Assembly (NCBI GenBank): GCA_043228905.1 | Contig: JBHGNT010000009.1 | Location: forward strand, 18,042,001 to 18,106,000 | DNA from: Azolla caroliniana | Taxonomy: Eukaryota; Plantae; Polypodiophyta | Direction: 5' to 3' | Length of the DNA: 64,000 nucleotides | Shown: positions 52,124-61,918 of the stretch, piece after piece | Layout: the number at the start of each line of letters is the position of its first letter | How positions within the stretch are numbered: the first letter of the stretch is position 1 | Notes under the pieces: model-generated | The model's input: the letters and a program-made list of their open reading frames with translations, nothing else | Database searches by the model: none | What the model was told of the DNA's origin: nothing | Translations under genes and position numbers: made by a program

Positions 52124-54715
52124 TGTTGAGCGGCAAGCTCAACTGGAGCCGGATCGGGTGAATAAGCACGAGTCGGTAAGCGAGAGGAATCGGTATGCCG
52201 GTGAGCAACCGAGCCGGTAAGCAGTAAGGACCGGTAAACAAGAGGAGCCGATATGCCGGATCCAATCCGTAACCGGAAGCCTAGTATAGATTAGACTACT
52301 AGGCAGTTATATTCTCGTAGTTAGTGTCAGATGCTCGTGTGAGCATTGAAGTACGTCGTACTTCAACAGTCCCGTGTGGACTTGTATAAATAGCGTTGAT
52401 GAGCGCGTTGTAGATACAGAGCACAGAGTATTAAAATAATCTTGGGAAATAGTGTGTTTTGCTCTGTCACTCTCTGTCTCTCCCGCGTACTCTCTCTCTC
52501 TCTCTCTCTGTGTGTGTATTGTTCTTTCTAACGCTTCCGCAAGCAATCTTTCACATGGTATCAGAGCGCGTGGGTTGAGAACCTCTGCTGTAGACATCTA
52601 CGCTTGTGAAGGAAACCCTAATAGATCGGAAAACAGACACAAAAGGAGAAATGGACAGAGGTATGGCTACGTCACTCCCGGTGGAGAAACTCGACAGAAC
52701 CAACTACGCATCTTGGTCATACAAGATGCACCAGTACCTGCTTGGGCATGGCTACTAGAGTTATGTCGACGGAGTGAACGACTCAACACCGGAGACGACA
52801 CACAAGGACTTCCTAGTGTGGGAACAGGCGGCAAGCAAGGTGATGTACTGCTTTGCGTCCAGTGTCGGTGACCAGCTACTCAACCATATCCGTGACGCCA
52901 AGACACCGAAGGATGCTTGGGGAAACCTGAAAAAGGTTTTCGCCGCAAGCACCACTGCCCGGAAGCTGCAACTCAGACAGGAGTTGAGCAATGTTCGACA
53001 GAAGAACATGTCTGTGGCAGATTACACAGACCAGATCAAAGGGATCTGTGACTCGCTTGCCTCTATTAACGTCACCGTAGAGGAAGACGAGATGGTGCAG
53101 GTTTGTCTTGGTGGCCTGGCGTCCAAGTTCGGAGCTTTCCGGACTGCGGTTTGTACAAGGGAGAATACACCCTCATTTTTCGACTTACAGTCGATGCTCC
53201 TTGTCGAGGAGAACCACGTCGGTGCATCTACTAGTGCATCCCCAGACAACCGGATGTTGTACACGGGAGCGGATCGGTCTCGCGGGCGTGGTGGACGAGG
53301 CATGTCGGCACGCAATGGAGGCGGCCAGCAAGAGCAGGAACGAAGGCACAATGAGCGTGCCGATAGCAGTTCCGGGACTTCCACAAGTAGGGGGAGTCAA
53401 GGTGGTGCCGGAGGCCGGCAAGACAAACCCGCTACGGAATGCTGGTATTGTGGCAAAAAGGGCCACAGGGAAAGCGAGTGCTGGAGAAAGCGTGCCGATT
53501 CGGACAAATCCGGATCCGGCAAGACCGGTAAGGAAGGCCGGCAAAGCTCGCACTATGCAAACGGATCGATGGGATCTAAGAACGGTAAGGGGCTAGCCTT
53601 GGTGATGAAGCACAAGGCAAACTCAATGAAGAAGACCACTTCCAAATCGGAGGAAGTGTGGTACGTTGACTCCGGCGCATCAAACCACATGAAGAGCCAC
53701 GGGGAGTGGTTCTCCTTTTTGGAGAAGCCGGATCAACCGGGAGTTGTCGAAACCGGAGACGACACTCCCCACCCGATCGTGCACGTCGGAGAAGTCCCTT
53801 TGAGCCACGTCGGACAGAGGGGGAAGCTGATGAATGTATTACATGTTCCGACGATCACGAACAACCTGGTGTCGGTCGGACAGATCGTCGACTAGGGGAT
53901 GCAGGTGTGGTTTACGCACCTCGGGTGCTTCATTGAGGATGAAGGCGAAGTTATTGCGCAAGGGCGCAGAGATGGGAGGATGTTTATCCTCAACACCAAT
54001 GATGTCGGCACCGCACTGTTCGCCAAAGGACAGAAGGTCGAGTCGGATATCGACCTGTGGCACAAGTGCATCGGCCACGTCAACTACCGGACGCTTCAAG
54101 ACCTGCAAATGGAATAAGTCGTTTTGGGTTTGCCAAAGTTTAGTGGCCGGAGAGCCCAGATTTGTGAAGCCTGCCAACTCGGGAAGCAACACCGACTTCC
54201 ATTCCCCACTGAAAGAAATCAAAGCCATAACAAGCTCAATCTTATCCATTCGGATGTGTGGGGATCGACACAAAATGTAAGCATTGGCGGGAGTCGATAT
54301 TTCGTCTCCTTCATCGACGACTACACGCGGCATACGTGGATCTACCTCATTGAGCGGAAGAGTGAAGTCTTCGAGTGTTTCCGGAGCCTCGAGAAGATGG
54401 TGGAACGAGAATCAGAGAGGAAGATCAGATGCCTATGGTCGGATGGCGGAAAAGAGTACTTTTCCGGCCAATTCAACAACTATCTGCAACAAAAAGGAAT
54501 TCGGCGAGAATTCAGCTGCAGATACACACCGCAACAGAACGGTGTGGCCGAAAGGAAGAATCGGTTTCTAATTGACGCGGCTAGGGCAATGCTGGAGGAA
54601 AAGAGCATGCCCAAGTTCTACTAGGCGGAGGCGGTCCAAACGGCCGTTTACATCCAGAACCGGATCGGGGACAAGGTGTCAGCTCACGAGCTGTATTTCG
54701 GGCGCAAGCCGAATT
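52124..54715 (+). mobile_element. Ty1/copia element: 5' LTR (52124-52555), PBS (52556-52567), gag-PR-INT from ATG 52651, interrupted at 54715
   Basis: TGTTGAG...TCACA TGGTATCAGAGC; EKLDRTNYASW, CWYCGKKGHRESEC, WYVDSGASNH, CEAC, SDGGKEY, TPQQNGVAERKNR; in-frame stops at former Trp/Gln codons. Confidence 0.93.
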
Positions 54716-55159
54716 CATTGTTGTTAAAAAATGCGTATTTTATAGATAGAGTACGTTTTAGAATACCCACACGTATTCTAAACGTATTCAACCTTTTGGA
54801 CTTGTCATTTTTTCTAAGGCTAAATTTGTAAATAATTTAAAAATTATTTTTCTAGGGTATTTTTTACTAGAGAAAAAGAAAATAATTGGGGGTTTTTTTG
54901 TAACAATTTCCTACGTTTTGCAGACACTAGGTTTTTCAGCAGGATATGGAAGCTATCTACAGGAAATCTGAACTCTGAAGCTTCCAACAACCTAGGTTTT
55001 TACGCATGTATTATGGTATATGAACTAATATTGCTTCTTGAATCTTGATTATATTATATTAGTATACAGAATACAGTAAACTCTAGCTTTCAATTTTAGT
55101 GTTAATTAATCTTACACAGTGCACACATAGAGAGCATAAAACAGAGTTTTATTTTTGGC

Positions 55160-55850
55160 CTAATTTGACCAAAATTTCATAAAATTTGAAAGCAATTTCG
55201 ATTTTAAATAAACTATATATAGTAGATACATTTTTAATCTTTGATGACTATTCATATTGACATGGAATAAACATCAAATTGAGCTTAATCTAGCCCTTTT
55301 AATGGCTGGTTATGATTGAATAACCAACCATTAAAAGGCCTCCCGATTTGGAGAAGAAAGAAGAGGGAGATGAGGAATGCCTCATCATTGGAGAATGTCT
55401 TTTGTGTGAGATGGAGAGGGGTAGAGTAGAGGGATGGGGTCCGGGGAAGAGCTAAAGCTCAGCTCTCGACAACGGGCGGCCATTATCTCATTCTTTATCT
55501 TGTGCTAATTTGACCGGAATTTCATAAAATTTCAAAGCAATTTTAATCATAAATAGACTATATACAATAGATACATTTTCAATCCTTGATGACATTCACA
55601 TTGACATGGAATAGACATCAAATTGAGCTTAATCTAGGCCTTTTAATGGCTGGTTAATTCAATCATAACCAGCCATTAAAAGGCCTCCTGATTTGGAGAA
55701 GAAAGAAGAGGGAGATGAGTCTTGAGAAAAACCTCATCATTGGAGAATGTGTTCAATGTGAGATGGAGAGGCATAGAGCGGAGGGATGGGGAAGAGCTAA
55801 AGCTCAACTCTCGACAACAGGTGGCAATTATCTCATTCTTTATCTTGTGC
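55160..55850 (+). repeat. Two tandem ~345-bp copies, each with a ~20-bp-stem hairpin
   Basis: taatttgacc...ctcattctttatcttgtgc repeated from about 55160 and 55506; hairpins at 55293-55340 and 55636-55686. Confidence 0.88.
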
Positions 55851-56489
55851 CTTCCTTTGGCCACGCAAGAAAGAAAGGAAGAGAAGAAGTGAGCATTTAC
55901 AATACAATACACACACACACACATATGTATATGTATTGTATTGTATGTATGTGTGTATGTACATGTGTGTGTGCGTGTTTGTATTGTATTGTATACATGT
56001 ATGATTCATGATGCATACAATTGTGACACTCTTTACATCTATTTCCTAGTCATGATATCTCACTAAATTTTCACTATCACACTTGAGATTTTGGAACAAG
56101 TATTTTGGAATTTATAATAGACTATAGTATAATACAACATGTTACATGTATGCTTTGGTTTTATGTGTGTCTATCCCTTCTTTAATACAACAATGTTGGT
56201 GGCAGATAGAGACATTGATAGCTTGTGGTGAATTATCAAAGAATAGTGTCTTCATACAAGAGCATACCGACATCACAGGTAAATGTTCCGTGATTATGTG
56301 CTCTTTTATAATTCATTTATAATGAATAATAATTTTTTCCTCTTGATGGGGATGGAATGCCATTTTCTTAGGCAAGTATCTTCCATTCGAATTTGCCATT
56401 TGCTTATGCTTATCATTTAAATTTTAAACAATTTCTTCTTGTTGGGATTTCGGTCCCTCCGGATGGGATGTCCGGAGATGAATGACGGC

Positions 56490-56600
56490 GAAGACCCGGC
56501 TACGGAGTCGGATGACGAAGACCCGGCTACGGAGCCGGATGACGAAGACCCGGCTACGGAGCCGGAAGACGAAGACCCGGCTACGGAGCCGGATGATGAA
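56490..56600 (+). repeat. 27-bp tandem repeats in U3 (4 copies in the 5' LTR, 3 copies at 61240-61323)
   Basis: Unit gaagacccggctacggagccggatgac; accounts for LTR lengths of 635 vs 608 bp. Confidence 0.93.
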
Positions 56601-57105
56601 TGTACCCGGAGAGAGATCCGGATGCGGGGACATACTTATAAATATGTTTGCCAAGGGCCCTTGAGGCTATATTTGTAAATAGCCCGAAAGTCATATGTGT
56701 ATAAATATGACTTAGGGCAAACAGTTTTATGTTGTTGCTCATTTTTATGTTTTCAGCCGAGAGAGCGAAGTGAGAGCAGCCGAGAGAGAGAGAGAGAGAG
56801 AGGAAGAGGTCGACGCCTCTGTGTATTACCGCCGCCTGTGGCGAAGACAGTGAGCTCAAGGTTGTTGCCTTGTAGCTACACCTTTGTACATCTCTGTTCA
56901 TAGTGATAGTTGGAGTCTGAGGACTCCCGTGGTTTTTCCCGTATAGGGTTTTCCATGTTAATCCCTGTGTTATCGTGTCTTTCTCTGTGTTTCCTATTTT
57001 CTGCTGCATTGATTTGTGATTTCTCGGTTGTGGCCGAGGACGGTGAAGGCGAATCAGAGCGTTGATTCTCAAGAAAGTGGTATCAGAGCGACGGCAGTGC
57101 AGAAA

Positions 57106-60100
57106 ATGGAAGGCGGCAGCAGCGGGCAGCCGGGAATGATGGTGCTGAATGCGCAGAATTACGCCGACTGGAAGATCAAGATGGAGGATCTTCTGATTGT
57201 TCGGGACCTGTACGAACCGATTGACAGGTCGGAAATACCGAAGGGGGTACTTGAGACGGAATGGAGGCTTCTGAACCGGAAAGCCGTTGCAACCATTCGG
57301 CAATACGTCGACGTGAGCGTTCTACAACATGTGGCGAACGACACCAACGCATACGAGATGTGGCGGAAGCTGTCGGGTCTCTACGAGAGGAAGAATGCGT
57401 TGAACCGGACCTCCCTGATGAGGAAGATAGTGAACCTCAAGTACCACGACGGCGAGAGTATGGTGGAACACGTAAGCACGTTCATGGGATTTGTGAACCA
57501 GCTTGCGGCGATCAAGTTCCCGTTGGAGGATGCAATGCAAGCCATCATTCTGATGTGTACACTGCCGGAAAGCTGGGAGAACTTGGTGGTGACTCTCAGC
57601 ACCTCCTGCACCGAAGATAACTTGTCTCTACAAACGGTAAAGACAAGTATTTTGAACGAAGAAGTGCGTCGGAGAGATAAAGAACCGGCCTCCGACTCGA
57701 AGGCGCTGCTTACCGAATCGGAACGGGGAAGACAATGGAACCGGAGTCCGCAAAGACGGGAGAAGTCGGGGACCCGGTCGCAGTCAAGAGGAAGACCCAC
57801 ATGCTTCCACTGTGGGAAGCCGGGGCACTTCCGGAAGAATTGTCGGCATTACCGAAAAGACAACGGAGCCGACGACACCGATTCGAAGAAGTCACCGGAG
57901 CGAAACGGTGCATACCGGGGAGCCACGGACCGGAGAGGTCCGGATCGGCGAGGGCAGGACCGGAAAGGAACGACGGCACTCGCGGCAAGTGAAGAAGAGA
58001 TAATGCTCATTACCGAAGAGAGGGAGCTGAACCTTGCCGGTGAAGAGATGACCTGGGTGGTCGATTCCGGAGCGTCGTTCCACCTGACCCCGGAGAAGAA
58101 ATACTTCTCATCCTACACAGCCGGGGAGCACGGCTGTGTCCGGATGGGAAATGAAGGTACATGCCGGATTGCCGGCATAGGAGACGTGTGGCTGATGACA
58201 TCAACCGGATGCAAGATGCTGCTGAAGGATGTTCGACACATTCCGGAGGTTCGATTGAACCTGATTTCAGCCGGGAGGCTAGATGATGAAGGCTACACAG
58301 GTAGCATCCGGAACGGCGTAATGAAGTTCAGCAAGGGGAGTCTGATAGTGGCTCGGGCCCGGAAAGTTAACACGTTGTACCTGATGAATGCCCGGTTATG
58401 TCCGGAGGAGCTGAACGTGGCAGCCGACACTGCCGGTGAGCTGTGGCACAAGAGACTGTGCCACATGAGTGAGAAGGGGATGAAGAGGCTTGCAGAAGAC
58501 AACCTCATTCCAGTGAAGCATGTGCACCTGGAGAAGTGCACCGATTGCCTGGCTGGTAAGCAGAACCGAGCCTCCTTCCACTCAAGGCCACCGATGAGAC
58601 GTAGCGCACCATTGGAGTTGGTGCACACTGATGTGTGTCAGGTAGAAACGAAGTCACATGGCGGAGCCCAGTACTTCGTAACATTCATAGATGACCATAG
58701 CCGGAAGCTGTGGACGGCACCGCTGAAGACAAAGGACCAAGTATTGTCCGTCTTCAAAGAACTCCACGCGAGAGTGGAAAGAGAATCCGGCAAGAAGCTG
58801 AAAGCGATACGAGCGGATAACGGAGGGGAATACCGGGGGCAGTTCGCGGAGTACTGTCGCTCGAAGGGAATCCGGCTCGAGTTTACTGTGCCGAAGACGC
58901 CGGAACTGAACGGGCTGGCCGAGAGGATGAACCGGACCATAATGGAGAGGGTCCGGAGTATGCTGGCGCATGCGAAACTACCCAAGGGGTTTTGGGCTGA
59001 GGCAATGTCGACGGCGACATACGTGATAAACAGATCACCCTCAGTACCTTTGGACGGAGACACGCCGCAGAGAGTATGGACCGGTAGGGAAGTATCTTAC
59101 CGGCATCTGAAGGTGTTCGGGTGTCTCGCATACGTGCATGTGGCAAAGGACCGGAGAGGAAAGTTAGATCCAAAGACCCGGCCATGCATATTCCTCGGTT
59201 ACGGCGACGACGAGTTCGGCTACCGAGTATGGGACCCGGTCGACAAGAAGATATTCAGGAGTCGAGATATCATCTTCATGGAGGACAAGACACTCGCCGA
59301 CTGGGAGTCGGAGAAGAAGATGAAGAGCTCCAAGTCGACCGGTGAGAATCAACTCTACGAGGAGCAGTCCCGACCGGCAAGGGACCGGTTAGCACTCGAG
59401 GATCCGGCCGAAGACGGGGAAGAAACAGAACCGGCCGAGGAAGATGAAACAGATACCGGAACCGGCCCCGATCCCGAAATGGATTCGGATGAAGAGGAAA
59501 CGGAGGAGCCGGTTACCGAAGCTCCGGAACGGAGATATCCTCTAAGAGAGAGAAGGCCCCCCCGGAGATTTCCGGAACCAGAGCACGTGCTGCTAACCGA
59601 CGAGGGGGAGCCGGAGAGCTTTGAAGAAGCGAAGCATGACACCCATAGCCGCAGGTGGCTAAGTGCCATGCAGGAGGAGATGGATTCCCTGCATGAGAAC
59701 CACACATATGAACTTGTGGAGTTGCCGAAAGGAAAACGGGCACTCCGTAACAAGTGGGTGTTCAAGCTGAAACCGGGAGATGCCGGAAACCCCCCGAGAT
59801 ACAAAGCCAGGATCGTGGTGAAGGGGTTTCAGCAGAAGAAGGGCGTCGACTTCGACGAGATATTTGCCCCGGTAGTGAAGATGACCTCCATCCGGACGGT
59901 GCTGAGCATAGCGGCAAGCATGGACCTCGAGGTAGAACAGATGGACGTGAAGACGGCATTCCTTCACGGTGACCTCGAAGAAGAGATCTACATGCAGCAA
60001 CCGGAAGGATTCGAGAAGAAAGGGAAGGAGCACCTGGTATGCCGGTTGAAGAAGAGCCTTTACGGTCTGAAGCAGGCTCCCCGGCAATGGTACCGGAAGT

Positions 60101-61179
60101 TCGACTCCTTCATGACAGACGAAGGGTACCACAAAACGCAGTCCGATCACTGCGTGTTTGTGAAGAAGTTCGAAGGAGGAGACTTTCTAATACTCCTCCT
60201 GTACGTGGACGACATGTTGATCGTCGGACGGGACCAGGTCAAGATACGGATGCTGAAGAAGGCTCTTCACCGAACCTTCTCAATGAAGGACTTGGGTCCG
60301 GCGAGGCAAATACTAGGGATGCACATCATCCGGGACCGGAAGAAGAAGCAGTTGTGGCTGTCACAGGAGAAGTACGTGACAAAGGTGCTTCACCGGTTCA
60401 ACATGTCGGAAGCTAGACCGGTCGGGTCAACACTCCCGACAAACTGCAAGTTGTCCAGCAAGCAAAGTCCCAAGACAAAAGTTGAAAAGGAGGATATGAT
60501 GAAGATACCATATGCCTCTGCCGTCGGGAGCTTGATGTACGCAATGGTGTGTACCCGACCGGACATTGGATACGCAGTCGGAGTGGTGAGCCGGTACATG
60601 AGTAATCCCGGCAAAGAGCACTGGAACGCGGTCAAGTGGATACTCCGATACCTGAAGGGCACGGCAAATGTGTGCCTCCGATTCGGCTCCGGTAAGCCCG
60701 AACTCGACGGCTTTACCGATTCGGCTATGTCGGCTGATGCTGATACCAGCCGGTCCACATCAGGGTATGTGATGACGTATGCAGGGGGAGCTGTTTCGTG
60801 GCAGTCGAGGCTGCAGAAAACGGTTGCGTTGTCAACCACGGAGGCGGAGTACATGGCGGCTGTTGAAGCCGGCAAGGAAATAATATGGATGAAGGACCTC
60901 ATTAGAGAGCTCGGTATCCGGCAGGAGGAGTACCGACTCTACTGTGACAGTCAGAGTGCCATCCACCTTGCGAAGAACGCGGCCTACCATTCCCGGACGA
61001 AACACATCCAGCGTAGATACCACTGGATCCGGGAAAGGATAGAAGACAAGGAGTTCGTGCTGACGAAGATCCACACGGACGAGAACGGGTCGGATATGCT
61101 GACCAAGGTGCTCACACCCGACAAGCTGGAAGCATGCCGGAAGAGGATCGGATTGGAGAGACATCCCATGCCGAAGTGA
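57106..61179 (+). CDS. Copia gag-pol polyprotein (1357 aa from the first ATG after the PBS)
   Basis: CFHCGKPGHFRKNC knuckle; VDSGAS protease; WHKRLCH..CTDC; HTD/ADNGGEY/AERMNR integrase; QMDVKTAFLHG and YVDD RT; FTDS..TEAEY..CDSQSA RNase H; no stops. Confidence 0.97.
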   Translation: MEGGSSGQPGMMVLNAQNYADWKIKMEDLLIVRDLYEPIDRSEIPKGVLETEWRLLNRKAVATIRQYVDVSVLQHVANDTNAYEMWRKLSGLYERKNALNRTSLMRKIVNLKYHDGESMVEHVSTFMGFVNQLAAIKFPLEDAMQAIILMCTLPESWENLVVTLSTSCTEDNLSLQTVKTSILNEEVRRRDKEPASDSKALLTESERGRQWNRSPQRREKSGTRSQSRGRPTCFHCGKPGHFRKNCRHYRKDNGADDTDSKKSPERNGAYRGATDRRGPDRRGQDRKGTTALAASEEEIMLITEERELNLAGEEMTWVVDSGASFHLTPEKKYFSSYTAGEHGCVRMGNEGTCRIAGIGDVWLMTSTGCKMLLKDVRHIPEVRLNLISAGRLDDEGYTGSIRNGVMKFSKGSLIVARARKVNTLYLMNARLCPEELNVAADTAGELWHKRLCHMSEKGMKRLAEDNLIPVKHVHLEKCTDCLAGKQNRASFHSRPPMRRSAPLELVHTDVCQVETKSHGGAQYFVTFIDDHSRKLWTAPLKTKDQVLSVFKELHARVERESGKKLKAIRADNGGEYRGQFAEYCRSKGIRLEFTVPKTPELNGLAERMNRTIMERVRSMLAHAKLPKGFWAEAMSTATYVINRSPSVPLDGDTPQRVWTGREVSYRHLKVFGCLAYVHVAKDRRGKLDPKTRPCIFLGYGDDEFGYRVWDPVDKKIFRSRDIIFMEDKTLADWESEKKMKSSKSTGENQLYEEQSRPARDRLALEDPAEDGEETEPAEEDETDTGTGPDPEMDSDEEETEEPVTEAPERRYPLRERRPPRRFPEPEHVLLTDEGEPESFEEAKHDTHSRRWLSAMQEEMDSLHENHTYELVELPKGKRALRNKWVFKLKPGDAGNPPRYKARIVVKGFQQKKGVDFDEIFAPVVKMTSIRTVLSIAASMDLEVEQMDVKTAFLHGDLEEEIYMQQPEGFEKKGKEHLVCRLKKSLYGLKQAPRQWYRKFDSFMTDEGYHKTQSDHCVFVKKFEGGDFLILLLYVDDMLIVGRDQVKIRMLKKALHRTFSMKDLGPARQILGMHIIRDRKKKQLWLSQEKYVTKVLHRFNMSEARPVGSTLPTNCKLSSKQSPKTKVEKEDMMKIPYASAVGSLMYAMVCTRPDIGYAVGVVSRYMSNPGKEHWNAVKWILRYLKGTANVCLRFGSGKPELDGFTDSAMSADADTSRSTSGYVMTYAGGAVSWQSRLQKTVALSTTEAEYMAAVEAGKEIIWMKDLIRELGIRQEEYRLYCDSQSAIHLAKNAAYHSRTKHIQRRYHWIRERIEDKEFVLTKIHTDENGSDMLTKVLTPDKLEACRKRIGLERHPMPK

Positions 61180-61918
61180 AGGGGGAGTTTGTTGGGATTT
61201 CGGTCCCTCCGGATGGGATGTCCGGAGATGAATGACGGCGAAGACCCGGCTACGGAGCCGGATGACGAAGACCCGGCTACGGAGCCGGAAGACGAAGACC
61301 CGGCTACGGAGCCGGATGATGAATGTACCTGGAGAGAGATCCGGATGCGGGGACATACTTATAAATATGTTTGCCAAGGGCCCTTGAGGCTATATTTGTA
61401 AATAGCCCGAAAGTCATATGTGTATAAATATGACTTAGGGCAAACAGTTTTATGTTGTTGCTCATTTTTATGTTTTCAGCCGAGAGAGCGAAGTGAGAGC
61501 AGCCGAGAGAGAGAGAGAGAGAGAGGAAGAGGTCGACGCCTCTGTGTATTACCGCCGCTTGTGGCGAAGACAGTGAGCTCAAGGTTGTTGCCTTGTAGCT
61601 ACACCTTTGTACATCTCTGTTCATAGTGATAGTTGGAGTCTGAGGACTCCCGTGGTTTTTCCCGTATAGGGTTTTCCACGTTAATCCCTGTGTTATCGTG
61701 TCTTTCTCTGTGTTTCCTATTTTCTGCTGCATTGATTCGTGATTTCTCGGTTGTGGCCGAGGACGGTGAAGGCGAATCAGAGCGTTGATTCTCAACACTT
61801 CTTGCATTATTACATCACATTATTTCCTTATTCACACATTTAACATTGTGGATTCATGAATTTAGGACAATATAAAAGGCAACTTCGAGTCTCTAGAACT
61901 TGTTGTCCTCAATCAACC

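Larger units (their letters stand above)
56440..61797 (+). mobile_element. Complete, recently inserted Ty1/copia retrotransposon (Tork/Tnt1-like)
   Basis: LTRs 56440-57074 and 61190-61797; TSD CTTCT (56435-56439, 61798-61802); PBS TGGTATCAGAGC 57078-57089; PPT gaagggggag 61178-61187; single intact ORF. Confidence 0.98.

Noticed and set aside
57016-57105. N-terminal extension of the 1387-aa ORF
   Set aside because: Starts at GTG inside the LTR and crosses the PBS; the first ATG after the PBS is 57106
56424-61807. Many antisense and alternative-frame ORFs over the intact copia
   Set aside because: Shadows of a GC-rich coding strand and LTR repeats; no independent motifs
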